DNA of 62,915 bases, filler included, from Octopus bimaculoides (lineage: Eukaryota), in assembly GCF_001194135.2 (NCBI RefSeq). It is 3 parts of 3 records of this genome, joined end to end, with 100 filler letters (N's around TTAATTAATTAA, not from the genome) between each part and the next. Parts side by side here need not be neighbours in the genome. Positions count along the whole stretch, not along the records: positions 30,357 to 54,782 come from NC_068987.1; positions 54,883 to 62,915 come from NC_068993.1; 1 more part is not named here. One strand, 5' to 3'. Shown here one piece after another: positions 49,597 through 62,863 of this stretch (the first letter of the stretch is position 1; each line of letters begins with the position of its first letter). The notes under the pieces were generated by a model, which worked only from the letters and a program-made list of their open reading frames with translations, was not told the origin of the DNA and made no database searches. A program made the translations under genes and the position numbers.

Positions 49597-50060
49597 CGGC
49601 TACAATCATCAGCTGAATACCGTGCTTCACCGAGATTTCGGTTCAGTATCTCTCCATGCGGTGGGCCCGCAACAGCTGAACGTACTGCGTTGCAACCAGA
49701 CTCATGCCAGTTCTGTGGTCTTATACGCTTTCATAAACCTCTTCGTAATCCAAGCACTACCCTCAGCTGCTTTCTCCTGACATTTCTTGATTGTCTTCTT
49801 CACAACAGATACATCAGCGACCTTCAGAAACCTTCTGAGAGAAGCTGCTGGGAAACCCCTGCAGCCAGCCTCGAACGCAACCAGCTTACAGATGTAACCC
49901 TTCTCCCGAATCTCAGCTACCAGCTCTTCATAGCCCAACAGCTTCCGCTCATGGGCATCAGCAATGCTCTCCTCCCATGGCACAGTCAGCTCCCCAAAGA
50001 CCACACGTCTCTGACCCTCATCTACCAAAACTAGGTCGGGCCGGAGGGCTGACACCACGA
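49597..50060 (-). mobile_element. HERO/NeSL-type non-LTR retrotransposon 3' end (restriction-like endonuclease)
   Basis: LRPDLVLVD..GELTVPWEE..AHERKLLGYEEL..FEAGCRGF..AAEGSAWI is a PD-(D/E)xK-type RLE C-terminus characteristic of HERO elements. The frame is open to the stop at 49702. Confidence 0.82.
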
Positions 50061-50250
50061 TGGATATGTGTGTATATATATATGTATATATATATATATA
50101 TANNNNNNNNNNNNNNNNNNNNNNNNNNNNNNNNNNNNNNNNNNNNNNNNNNNNNNNNNNNNNNNNNNNNNNNNNNNNNNNNNNNNNNNNNNNNNNNNNN
50201 NNNNNNNNNNNNNNNNNNNNNNNNNNNNNNNNNNNNNNNNNNNNNNNNNN

Positions 50251-51150
50251 ACATTGTATTTGGAGAAATAACCGGTTTCGTGTTGTCTTTTCAAATTTCT
50301 CTACTTGTATCGTAACATGTCTTCGCTCCAGTGTCTAAAATAGAGTTCTAGATAGGGGGAGGTAATCAGAGATTTTTTCCGGTATAAGGGAGATAATCGA
50401 AATGTAGGAGGTGATAGATTTTGATTAATTTACCATGGTTTGGTTTAGAAGGAATAGAATGTTAGGTTTTGTTCTATATTTTTTCTCTCAGTGAGGTGAA
50501 TTTCCTTATTTAAAAGTGTTAGCAATAGTTAAGTTTGGGTTTATATTTTTGAATGAAGAAGGTTTCCTTATTTAATCTAATTTGTGTTAGTGTTCCAATG
50601 GCACATTGATAGAATGGAAAGATTATAAATTGTGGTAGCATTTGTTTTGTGCATTTCTCAAATAAGTTCACTAAAGGGTATCATTCGGTATTCTGGGAAT
50701 GCAATCTGCTGTCGATGCAGAGTGCATCTGCGTCTGAGCAATAATCTCGTGGACCCTCTGTAGTTTTCGTGGCAGCCCGAGCATCTTATTACATAAATAA
50801 AGTTTTCTGAGGCACAAGTAAAGTCAGATTTAACTTTGAATTTTTGTCCCTCTTTGAATAGGAATTCTGAACCTTCTAGAAGGTTTGAGCATGTTGCGCA
50901 ATTTGGTCGACCACATTTTTTCACTTTTGCATCTGTTATTTTGGAAAATAATTTTGCCTTTGTGATGATCTTTTTTGTGATTGTGGTTGTTTGTAGCTTT
51001 TAATGATTTTGTGTGTGTGTAAAATTTCCTTTAATTTGAGGTCCTTATGTAGCATTTGGTATATACCCAAGATTTTATAACATTTTTCTGAAATAACAAT
51101 TTAAATATATACTTTAACCATGTAACACAAGCCTTCTGTAGTTTTTTCAC
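50251..51150 (-). mobile_element. Penelope-like element fragment (GIY-YIG endonuclease region plus 3' repeat)
   Basis: KKCGRPNCATC..FTCASENFIYVIRCSGCHENYRGST..LRRRCTLHRQQI shows the PLE-type GIY-YIG with its Cys cluster. Upstream LHKDLKLKEIL..SYKQP is linker. Confidence 0.85.
50263..50301 (-). ncRNA. Decayed minimal hammerhead motif at the Penelope 3' end
   Basis: GAGAAAU-UUGAAAA-G acaaca C-GAAA-CCGGU-U-AUUUCUC: perfect 7-bp stem I and palindromic ACCGGU. The core is two transitions away from CUGAAGA. Confidence 0.55.
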
Positions 51151-51211
51151 TCTCGTTTATCTTTTATACATCCAACCACGTGCTTTCACATACCAACTTT
51201 CTCACCTATAT

Positions 51212-51277
<66 letters not shown>

Positions 51278-51278
<1 letters not shown>

Positions 51279-52205
51279 TGTTTCTTTATTGGCCACAGCG
51301 CTGAACACAAAGGGGAAAAAATACAACAAAGTAGTGCTTTTCTTTTTGGGAAGAGAAGAAGGAAAAAAAGAAGGGGTAGAAATTCGATCAAAAGGGATCG
51401 TTAAAAAAAAAAGCCGATTAATAGGGATCGGTTATCACAGAAATGTCATAGTGTGAAAAGGGGAAACAGAATTGGTTTATCCATGGAAAGAAAAGCCTAC
51501 GGAAAAGACCACGGTAACCTCGGGCAATAATGCCATGCAGAAAAGCGCATTTCAGTGACTCTCTTTTTTACCCGTCTTTGTTTTTGGTTCATAGGATTAT
51601 GATCAAGGTGGCTTCGTCATTCTCACGTGCCATCCTTGCTACATTCACCCATCTTTTTTTGAAACAGTCACAAGACAAAACTTCCCTCTCTACTCTCACC
51701 TTCCTGTTCAAGTGATCCTTGAAGAACTTGATGAGGGATTCACCAGACAGGAAAGTGTTTATCTCTAGACCTTTCAGACGCGTCCACCATAAACAATCTT
51801 TTGCCATAGCCACAAGTATGATGAAAATGGCTCTTCCTTCCCGTTTCAAGGAAGGAGGAGCGACAATATTCACGGTAGACTCGATTGATAAACCGACTTG
51901 CCCCACACGCAATCAGTCGTTCGACCACAGGTCAGAAATGGTTGGACACTGTACGAGTGCGTGCAGAATCGTTTCGTCGCTCTGACCGCATCTCGGGCAG
52001 GTCGGCTTCGTGTTTCTCGAGCTATGCCTCTAGAGCTTATCTCGAACGGATAGCGCTTCTCAATAGCACTGCCAGGCCAAGGATCTCTGGAAGTTGTCCA
52101 CAGGTCGCGGCCCGAAAGTCGTCTTGAACAGGCGGGTCAGGTATTCCTCGTCGACGCCCAGGTTAGGATAAGAACCGAACAAACACACAATCATAGGTTG
52201 ATCGA
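51278..52205 (-). mobile_element. Tx1/L1-clade LINE 3' end ending in AATAAA followed by (TATC)n
   Basis: CPRCGQSDETILHALVQC (CCHC knuckle) and LIKFFKDHLNRKVRVEREVL..FKKRW (L1/Tx1 ORF2 C-terminus). AATAAA at 51285-51290 on the minus strand; (TAGA)n at 51213-51277. Confidence 0.82.
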
Positions 52206-54189
52206 AATTACGCTTTAACCCGTTATATCTCGTATATATAAAATACGTAGAATTAGTTTCTCTTCCTTTTTTAATATATTTTTCAAAACTAATCCTTATC
52301 AAAAGATGTATATATCCTAAAATGTATATACCTCATACAAATATGTGTGTATGAGTGCCCNNNNNNNNNNNNNNNNNNNNNNNNNNNNNNNNNNNNNNNN
52401 NNNNNNNNNNNNNNNNNNNNNNNNNNNNNNNNNNNNNNNNNNNNNNNNNNNNNNNNNNNNNNNNNNNNNNNNNNNNNNNNNNNNNNNNNNNNNNNNNNNN
52501 NNNNNNNNNNNNNNNNNNNNNNNNNNNNNNNNNNNNNNNNNNNNNNNNNNNNNNNNNNNNNNNNNNNNNNNNNNNNNNNNNNNNNNNNNNNNNNNNNNNN
52601 NNNNNNNNNNNNNNNNNNNNNNNNNNNNNNNNNNNNNNNNNNNNNNNNNNNNNNNNNNNNNNNNNNNNNNNNNNNNNNNNNNNNNNNNNNNNNNNNNNNN
52701 NNNNNNNNNNNNNNNNNNNNNNNNNNNNNNNNNNNNNNNNNNNNNNNNNNNNNNNNNNNNNNNNNNNNNNNNNNNNNNNNNNNNNNNNNNNNNNNNNNNN
52801 NNNNNNNNNNNNNNNNNNNNNNNNNNNNNNNNNNNNNNNNNNNNNNNNNNNNNNNNNNNNNNNNNNNNNNNNNNNNNNNNNNNNNNNNNNNNNNNNNNNN
52901 NNNNNNNNNNNNNNNNNNNNNNNNNNNNNNNNNNNNNNNNNNNNNNNNNNNNNNNNNNNNNNNNNNNNNNNNNNNNNNNNNNNNNNNNNNNNNNNNNNNN
53001 NNNNNNNNNNNNNNNNNNNNNNNNNNNNNNNNNNNNNNNNNNNNNNNNNNNNNNNNNNNNNNNNNNNNNNNNNNNNNNNNNNNNNNNNNNNNNNNNNNNN
53101 NNNNNNNNNNNNNNNNNNNNNNNNNNNNNNNNNNNNNNNNNNNNNNNNNNNNNNNNNNNNNNNNNNNNNNNNNNNNNNNNNNNNNNNNNNNNNNNNNNNN
53201 NNNNNNNNNNNNNNNNNNNNNNNNNNNNNNNNNNNNNNNNNNNNNNNNNNNNNNNNNNNNNNNNNNNNNNNNNNNNNNNNNNNNNNNNNNNNNNNNNNNN
53301 NNNNNNNNNNNNNNNNNNNNNNNNNNNNTATATATATACCAAATATATATATATATATACAGACATATACATATATACGCAATGCAGGTATATAATCAGA
53401 TAGATAGATATAAATATTATGTATATGTACATGCATATATATATGTATGCGCATGTGTGTGTGTTTGCATGTGTGTGTAACGTCATAGATAAACAGAGAG
53501 ATGAATAGATATATCGATCGATAGATAGATAGATAGATAGATAGATACAAACATACATACATACATGCATACATGCATACATACATACATACATACATAC
53601 ATACATACATAGTCTCGATAGCTCAGCGTTTTGAAAAGATGCGGCCATTTGCGCGTTATAGGCGTACGTGTGAATCGTAGAGATTTAATGATCATGCATT
53701 TAATGAGTTGCCAATTTCTGTAGAGATAATTAGCAAACAAATTAATAAGATATCAATCACGAAAAGCAATTATTGTCTTGAACGTAATTACTCTAATACA
53801 TTTAACCATAATGTTAAAGACAAAAAATTAATGTTATTAGTATAGATCTGAAGACGAAATACCGAGGCCTAATTATTAAGACAGTACAAATATCATTTTG
53901 AATATATAAAATATATACAGCGTTAATTAGATAGCAATATGGTATGCAATTTCACTTTCTTTCATTGAAGCCATATTTCATTTTTATGGATTTCCAATTA
54001 TACATGTTGGTACTTAAAAAGAATTTTTCCGTTCATTTACCCATTTTGTCGGTGTGATTTTGGTCTTTTATTAATTTTGAATGTTTTTTTAATGTTTTTT
54101 TTAATTTCTTGTAGTGTCAATTTTAAGATTGTAATCGTTCACTGCCGTACGTATATCTAAGCACATTTGTTTATCAATGTTTATGTATA

Positions 54190-54782
54190 TGTATATACAC
54201 CAAACCTACACCCATCCATCCAATTTACAAAGGAGATGAGTAGTAGCAAATTACCATTTCTAGATATAATGGTAGTTAAAAGGGACACCGCCATTACCAC
54301 AGATATATATNNNNNNNNNNTAGTTAAAAGGGACACCGCCATTACCACAGATATATATTACAAACCCACAGACACACACCAATACTTGAACTTTAAATCG
54401 TGCCATGCACCCCATACAAAACGCAACATTCCATACTGCCTAGCGAGGAGAATATGTACTATTGTAGATGATATAGAGACCAGAAATCAGCGCCTGATGG
54501 AACTGAAAGAATTTCTGCTAAAGCAAAAGTACCCATCACTACTCATAGAAAATGGCATTCAGCGGGCTTCGAAAATACCCATACAACAACTGAGGACACC
54601 ACAAAGAAGAGACAAACAGGAAAAGATCATTCCATTTATAGTGACACAAAATCCATGCCACCAGAACATCTTTAATATCGCCAAAGCGAACTTACCGATC
54701 CTTGCACAAAGTAAGGAATTGTGAAATATCATTACAGATCAAAATATAACTCTCAGTAAGAGACAACCTAAAAACTTGAAAA
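54190..54782 (+). mobile_element. Penelope-like RT thumb/linker fragment
   Basis: PSIQFTKE..KLPFLDI..TDIYYKPTDTHQYLNFKSCH..HTKRNIPYCLARRICTI..QKYP..IPFIVTQNP..SKRQPKNLK. Confidence 0.88.
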
Positions 54783-55517
54783 NNNNNNNNNNNNNNNNNN
54801 NNNNNNNNNNNNNNNNNNNNNNNNNNTTAATTAATTAANNNNNNNNNNNNNNNNNNNNNNNNNNNNNNNNNNNNNNNNNNNNTATATATATATGTATGTA
54901 TATATACACACATTATATATTTATATATGTAGGTACACAGAAAATTTGCGCGATAAATAGATAGAAAGATACATATCAATGACTTTACATAAGTATAGCA
55001 ATGATCTTGAAGAGTATTCTGCTCGCAATAAACCCTAAAGGAATTTAGCAAGACCATATATTGATGAATCGGACTTAATCGATAGCAAAATTTATTTTAC
55101 GTAGATTATCAGCATGAATTCTGTAGTCCACTTAGGATTGATTTTGAAAGTACTTCTGCGTATAATTGACAATGTTGTAAGTATGAAACCTGCATTTTCC
55201 ATTATTTCTTCATCATACACAGGTACAGAGAGAGAGAGCGAAGCAAATATTGCACCCCCAATCACAGAAGGGCTTTCTCGTGCGTAACCATATATGAGCT
55301 CGCTGCCTTATAAACGTATGTATGTATGTATGTATGTATGTATGTATGTATGTATGTATGTATGTATGTATGTATGCATGCATGTATGCATGTATGTATG
55401 TATGTATATATCTATCTATCTATCTATCTATCTCTCTCTCTATATATATATATATATTTGCGTATGTATATATATATATATATTTATATATATATCAGTT
55501 GCCATGATTAATCAGTC

Positions 55518-55718
55518 GCCATGATTAATCGCTTACCAAAACATTCAATTTTGTTTCTCCGTGTTTTTCTCCTTGTTTTCTCCTTATTCTTTCTGTTGAT
55601 GAGCGTAGCTCGAAACGTCAACGACTTTCTGTATTCCCGAGCGTTAAACTAATACATCCTTTTGTTGTTTACACCACCTGTCCTCGTCTGTTGTCGTTTC
55701 TTTCGTAAATTCTCCCAT
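55518..55718 (+). mobile_element. Penelope-like terminal-repeat fragment, copy 2
   Basis: Reverse complement of 44176-44380, on the same strand as and downstream of the Penelope RT fragment. Confidence 0.6.
55588..55624 (+). ncRNA. Minimal type-I hammerhead ribozyme motif with variant core
   Basis: UCUUU-CUGUUGA-U-GAGC gua GCUC-GAAA-CGU-C-AACGA; GUC cleavage triplet; stem I has one mismatch. Confidence 0.58.
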
Positions 55719-57274
55719 NNNNNNNNNNNNNNNNNNNNNNNNNNNNNNNNNNNNNNNNNNNNNNNNNNNNNNNNNNNNNNNNNNNNNNNNNNNNNNNNNN
55801 NNNNNNNNNNNNNNNNNNNNNNNNNNNNNNNNNNNNNNNNNNNNNNNNNNNNNNNNNNNNNNNNNNNNNNNNNNNNNNNNNNNNNNNNNNNNNNNNNNNN
55901 NNNNNNNNNNNNNNNNNNNNNNNNNNNNNNNNNNNNNNNNNNNNNNNNNNNNNNNNNNNNNNNNNNNNNNNNNNNNNNNNNNNNNNNNNNNNNNNNNNNN
56001 NNNNNNNNNNNNNNNNNNNNNNNNNNNNNNNNNNNNNNNNNNNNNNNNNNNNNNNNNNNNNNNNNNNNNNNNNNNNNNNNNNNNNNNNNNNNNNNNNNNN
56101 NNNNNNNNNNNNNNNNNNNNNNNNNNNNNNNNNNNNNNNNNNNNNNNNNNNNNNNNNNNNNNNNNNNNNNNNNNNNNNNNNNNNNNNNNNNNNNNNNNNN
56201 NNNNNNNNNNNNNNNNNNNNNNNNNNNNNNNNNNNNNNNNNNNNNNNNNNNNNNNNNNNNNNNNNNNNNNNNNNNNNNNNNNNNNNNNNNNNNNNNNNNN
56301 NNNNNNNNNNNNNNNNNNNNNNNNNNNNNNNNNNNNNNNNNNNNNNNNNNNNNNNNNNNNNNNNNNNNNNNNNNNNNNNNNNNNNNNNNNNNNNNNNNNN
56401 NNNNNNNNNNNNNNNNNNNNNNNNNNNNNNNNNNNNNNNNNNNNNNNNNNNNNNNNNNNNNNNNNNNNNNNNNNNNNNNNNNNNNNNNNNNNNNNNNNNN
56501 NNNNNNNNNNNNNNNNNNNNNNNNNNNTGTGTGTGTGTGTGTGTGTGTGTGTGTATAGATAATTAGTTATACATTTCCAGAAATCTTGGCAATATTTATT
56601 ACCATACCCAACTATAAACTGTCAACTCACTCCGTCTATCCATTCTAAACAGACACTGTCCTCTATCCGTATACGTGCTAGTTGATCAAAAACACTAATA
56701 AATTAACAATGAACTACAATCCTTTACAAGCTATCACCCTAGCAAAGTTCATACAGTTCTTAGAAGCGTAGCATATTCTGTGGTACATTAGTCGCAACAT
56801 AGACCCACTCGCTCTTCTTGCTTTATTAAAGAATTTGAGTAAAATTATATTGTGTCCAACTGATTAAAAATTCTATTTATTTATGCAGTTGAGGATGGCC
56901 CTTCACTTAAATTGAAGTAATGATTGCATTGTTCAATTAAATGGTGCCGCTTGAAACGGTCTTACTGCATCAGCTCTTGACACCCTGTTGCTTATTTTGA
57001 TTATATATATATATATATAACTATTAATTGTAAATCTCTGAACGAGAGACATGCAACAAAGTACTTTAGAGTAAAGTTTATTTGCCAGCTCCCTTGTTCG
57101 AAGTGTAAGGACGCAGTTAGTGCGTCGATATCCAACTGGAGATGTTTTCCTAGGACTAAATAGTAGTAACATTAGTCCAAATCAGGACTTCCACTTTACG
57201 TTGGCAAAACACTTTACTTTCTCTCTCTGAATATTTTTTTTTTAAGCAACCTTTTAAAGCCTTGCGTGGTTCAT

Positions 57275-57462
57275 GAGCTCGGTTTCTCAGTTTCTATGGC
57301 GTATGTCTCCCCCCCCCACCAGCTGGACGGGTCGCCAGTCCATCGCAGCGTTACTCAAGAAACAAGAAGAAAAAGTGAGAGAAAGTCGGGGCGAAAGAAT
57401 ACAACATGGGTCACCACACTACCCCCCGCCGAAGCTTCGAGGTGATTTAGGTGTTTTCGCTC
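57275..57462 (-). mobile_element. SINE family C-related copy, 3' part (head lost in N gap)
   Basis: The reverse complement begins gagcgaaaacacctaaa, as in the 27478 copy. Confidence 0.6.
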
Positions 57463-59340
57463 NNNNNNNNNNNNNNNNNNNNNNNNNNNNNNNNNNNNNN
57501 NNNNNNNNNNNNNNNNNNNNNNNNNNNNNNNNNNNNNNNNNNNNNNNNNNNNNNNNNNNNNNNNNNNNNNNNNNNNNNNNNNNNNNNNNNNNNNNNNNNN
57601 NNNNNNNNNNNNNNNNNNNNNNNNNNNNNNNNNNNNNNNNNNNNNNNNNNNNNNNNNNNNNNNNNNNNNNNNNNNNNNNNNNNNNNNNNNNNNNNNNNNN
57701 NNNNNNNNNNNNNNNNNNNNNNNNNNNNNNNNNNNNNNNNNNNNNNNNNNNNNNNNNNNNNNNNGAAAGTTTATAAAAACTGCTCTGTTGAAGAGAAATC
57801 TTAAGTTGAAAAATTGTAATTGTTTTCTTCCCTGCTAAAAATGTTCATAATTTAACAACAGTTATAATTATTGTATTTTCTATTAAATAAATATTGAAAT
57901 TATTGAAACTAAATACCTTATTCTCTGAGAAAATTTAAGCATGATTTCGACTTCTAATGCCAGTTAAAATTACACAGATATCCAGTTCGCCTTTAACCAT
58001 TCTGGTAACGATAAAATAACATCCAGTTGTTGTTCTGTGTTCAGTAGTTCATATCTTGTACCAAATTGCATCACTTGGTTCAGTTTTTTAAATGAATTAT
58101 ACGTCATATTTGTATTTGCATAAGGTTCTTTTTTTTCGGTAAAATAATCTAGAATCCCTTTTCGGAGCTAGTATAAATAGGTAGCTACAATGGGTAACCA
58201 CAAGGCAGCAGTGTTCACGTGGACATGATAAAACGTATGCATTTCTTTGATAGCGTATTCCTTAGCACAACAATATCCATTCCAATCTAATTACGACCTT
58301 TCTGGCTGTTGTAAAACGTCGCCAGATATGAAAGTCAAACATACATCTGACCGAAATTAGACAATTTTTACAAGTATTTACGGTGAAAGGCTTTCTCAAT
58401 GAATTTTCAATCAACAGCGCTAATAAGATCAATGAACGACCTCATTTAAGCCTGGGCATTTCCTTTAGTAGGTCTGAGTGCTTATCGCATCTGAAAAACT
58501 AGAAGGAAGGACGAAATGAAGAAATTACGTGTTGGAGAATAGGAAAGAAAAGAGGGAAAAGTAAATTCTATAAATCTATTTAAACTCATTCAAGCAACAA
58601 ACGGAACGAGTAGAATCCATATTGAGAAATCTGACATTCAATGCTAATTATTGCAATGAAACTTAAACATCTGATACCTTTCAAATCCTCAAGTGAGAAT
58701 CACATTATGTGAGTGTTATATGGCAATGTTGCTAAGCGTTTAGAATGACTCGAAATATTCACAATTCTAATTTCTTCACCTTATAATTTGGAAATGTTGC
58801 TTGATGAATTCCCAAATTGACAAAAGATCTTAATCAAACACCTGCGAATCGGAACTGAATTATATGTGAATAACTTAAGACATAGTATAAAACTGGTACA
58901 ATGGCATTTCGTTGCTATTAGTGACTCCCATTGGATAGAAACTTTGAAATACCGAAATAAATCAATTGATGTTGTATTGTCATACGAATACAGACGATGG
59001 ACGTTGTAAGATCTTCAACAAAATCGTGTTATTCATTTCCGTGTCAATAACTGTCAATGATGAACGTATTAAAGATATTGTTGCCTAAAAGTTTAAGGTA
59101 TTACAAGTTTAACAGTGCATCCACTTCTTGCGTTATGAGTTCAAAATCCGCCGGCACCTTATTAGCCTGTTAACCTCATGCTGATAATAAAATAGGCACT
59201 GACCATGTTTGGGCAATTACTTTAATTTCCTTGAAGGGTTAGTTTCTGTAAAACGTTTGACGTTTTACCTAGATTAGAAATTCTTTTTTTCATATCTTTA
59301 TAAGAATCGTGTTCGCCTTTCCAGATAGGGAACTAGTCTT

Positions 59341-59543
59341 ACTCTTTTACTTGTTTCAGTCACTTGACTGTGGCCATGCTGGAGCACCACCTTTAGTCGA
59401 GCAAATCGACCCACCAGGACTTATTCTTTGTAAGCCTAGTTCTTATTCTCTCGATCTCTTAAGCCGAACCGCTAGGTTACGAGGACGTAAACACACCAGC
59501 ATCGGTTGTCAAGCGATGTTGGGGGGACAAACACGGACACACA

Positions 59544-59591
<48 letters not shown>

Positions 59592-59695
59592 CATATATAT
59601 NNNNNNNNNNNNNNNNNNNNNNNNNNNNNNNNNNNNNNNNNNNNNNNNNNNNNNNNNNNNNNNNNNNNNNNNNNNNNNNNNNNNNNNNNNNNNNN

Positions 59696-59736
<41 letters not shown>

Positions 59737-59896
59737 CATATATACGACGGGCTTCTTTCAGTTTCCATCTACAAAATCCACTCACAAGGCGCTTTGGTCG
59801 GCTCGAGGCTATAGTAGAAGATACTTGACGAAGGTGCTACGCAGTGGGACTAAACCCGGAACCATGTGGTTAGTAAGCAAGCTACTTACCACACAG
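59341..59896 (-). mobile_element. SINE family B, complete, with internal (CA)/(TA) microsatellite
   Basis: Same three-part layout as 45821-46326 in reverse orientation. Confidence 0.85.
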
Positions 59897-61343
59897 TTAA
59901 AAAAAAGTGATTATTACTATTTTAGTTTCTATTCCATCGAAAATGCACATCTACATGGCATACCTCTTCACTAAATATAGTAAATCAGTATTTATTAAAG
60001 AAAATTATATTTTAGTGAGTACAAATACGTCTGCGGTCAAAGGGAATTGAAATTATATTCAAGAGGCCAACAAAACAACGATATTCTGAGTTTGAATTAT
60101 TTCAAATGGGCCGAGTGATGCATAAGTATCACAAAAGGAGTGACGTGGTTCGAATTTTTTCTGCTTTAAAAGCTAAGGAGATTGAAACAATAGATATACA
60201 TACGCACTTGCATCATATGGTATGTATGTGTGTGTGTGTTTCAAAACAAATGAAGCGTGTCGTTGTAATATACTTCCTCTATCTATTGAATACGACAGCA
60301 AGGATGAGTATTGACTAGACAAAGAAGACTTTATGTGGAAGGAAGAATCCGCAGCGATGAAAAGTTCACATTTAGATGTCGACTGCTCCCACTTGGCCGA
60401 TATACTATAAAAGATTTAAGGTCAAATATATTTCTACAGGAAATTAAGCTTGGAATATGACTCATAACACTAAGTAATATAAATTGTCCGATTGCCTATT
60501 TGCTTTATATATATATATATATATATATATNNNNNNNNNNNNNNNNNNNNNNNNNNNNNNNNNNNNNNNNNNNNNNNNNNNNNNNNNNNNNNNNNNNNNN
60601 NNNNNNNNNNNNNNNNNNNNNNNNNNNNNNNNNNNNNNNNNNNNNNNNNNNNNNNNNNNNNNNNNNNNNNNNNNNNNNNNNNNNNNNNNNNNNNNNNNNN
60701 NNNNNNNCAATCTAATTATTACACGGACAGATCATAAGAACAAAAGAAAATTAATTTAAAAGTGAATGTATATAACGATGAGTAATATACTGTAATTTCT
60801 TAATTACATTCGTTTCATACAGGATTTAGTTTGGCTGCACAAATAAAGGGAGATCTACATCCTTGTATCAAGGCCAAGTTGAGCTTTATTCCACTTTTCT
60901 TATTCTGGTAATTAACTTAGTGAGCGTATAAAGGTTATGGGTTCTCTTCTCTAAAATGTCAGCATTTTATATACAGAAAATATAGTTGATAAAGCATATA
61001 AAAGAGAAAAGGAAAACATTTCTAAATATCTCTTTCTTACGTGGAGATATCTACAAATTGTTTGAAATGACATGACAGTGTTTATGTTGCACTGTGTAGC
61101 TTTAAAAAAACGATAGGCTCATTCTATAAATTCAATAGATACATTATGGTAAAACGCTGATTATACTTGCAATGTTTTACTCGTCCACTAGAGGGTGCAG
61201 CTGACGCAGTTCATTACTAAAGGTGACAGTACAGTTGGAAACTGAATCAAAATTACGAAGTATACGAGATAGGAACGTAACACAAAATTTTAATTTAAAA
61301 AAACAGCAACAAGTTCATAAAGCTTTACAACAAATAGCAACGT

Positions 61344-61780
61344 AGGTGCAGGCGTGAATGTGTGGAAAGAAGTTTGCATCGGAACCACATGGCTCGAGGT
61401 TCAATCCCACTTCTTACCAACATGGGCATGTGTCTTCTACTATAGTCTCAGCCCGACGAAAGTATTATAAGTGAATTTGATAGACAGAAATTGAAAGAAG
61501 CCCGTCTGTGTCTATGCGTACGTGCATGCGTGCATGTGCATTTGCGCGCATGTGAGTGTTTGTCTGCGCATGCGTGTCTCTGCGTGTCATTCTTTCTGTG
61601 TTTGCTCCCCATCACCATATGACAATCTGTATTGCTGTGTTTACATCTTAGTTAGCTAGCGGTTCGGCAAATGATTCCAATAGAATATGTACCAGGTCGA
61701 TTCATTCGACTGAAAATTCTTCAGGGCGGTACCCCAGTATGGTCGCTATCTAATGACTGAAACAAGTAAAAGATAAAAGA
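61344..61780 (+). mobile_element. SINE family B, older diverged copy with internal degenerate (TG/CATG) repeat
   Basis: Head aggtgcagg..ggttcaatcccac, body ..gaaagaagcccgtc, a short repeat, and the 3' module gcggttcggcaa..taatgactgaaacaagtaaaag. Confidence 0.75.
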
Positions 61781-62614
61781 TACCTCTTTATCTCAACCTA
61801 TGTAAGAGATAGCAACATCGAATCATGATCATTATTTTTATTCGTTAAACTCAAAACTCTTCCTTCACCATAACAATGTGTTCTGAAACTTCCATTTCAA
61901 TATATTTCACGGATCTCCAGAAAATTACGTTACTTCAGGGCTGAATGTAAACGAGAGCTTTATGTATAGCTTATATCATATAAATGCACCATATAAATTT
62001 GGAGTGAATTATATATTTGGCATCTAAATATGCCGAGAAATTGATAAATAAATATATAAAAACATTGCCTGAAGGAGGAATAAATCAATGTTGTTATTCT
62101 ATTCTCTTTTAAAAATTATGTTGTCTGATTTCTAACAAAATATAATAATGTTCATGTTGATTATTGCCATATCGGTAAACATTCCTTTTTTTGTTATTTA
62201 ATTTCCAGAATCCATTATTTTTGTTTTTTGTTTTACTTTCAATAATATTGGGAAAATAGATTTTCTACTGCATCAAACATTGAATAAAATCTCTAATATT
62301 CTCGCACTTTTCTTCAGTAGCTGACGAGATGAAACAATAAACATCATATGACCAGTGTTGTCATCGTCATCTCAAAGTATCTGGTAATTTGCCATCCCTC
62401 CAACGTATTTAAAAAGAAGAAATATCAGATAGTGAGACATTACACGCAGTGAATTTCTCTGTTACCCTTGTATTTCATAATGGTTTCATATTTGAATACA
62501 AGATCAACCCGCGAAGCAATGGATATGATCGATAGTAGGAATCGAGGTCACGTTTCCTCGCATGAAGAATTATAAAATATTGTGTCGATTCTATTGGAAT
62601 ATGAACGTACATAT

Positions 62615-62760
62615 AGGCATGGCTGTGTGGTTAAGAGGTGCTCTAAGTCACAACACGGATCTTGGTTCACTCCCCACTATATGACATTTAAACCCATGTC
62701 TCCATCTCTAGCCCAAACCAACTAATGACTTGAGAGTAAATTTAATAGACTGAAACTAAG
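62615..62760 (+). mobile_element. SINE family B, degenerate 5' half
   Basis: ggcatggctgtgtggttaag..ggttcactccccac..ccaaaccaactaatgacttgagag. Confidence 0.5.
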
Positions 62761-62814
62761 TGAGTAAAAGTCAAACACGCACACACAAATTATTAGATAT
62801 ATTATTTTTATATA

Positions 62815-62863
<49 letters not shown>

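Noticed and set aside
54273-54358. 38-bp direct repeat on both sides of a 10-N gap in the Penelope RT
   Set aside because: Unmerged contig overlap (assembly artefact).
58821-59010. About 60-codon stop-free + frame, and a strong minus-strand acceptor at ~58487
   Set aside because: No start codon or donor support, no recognisable motif, and all frames after the acceptor close quickly.
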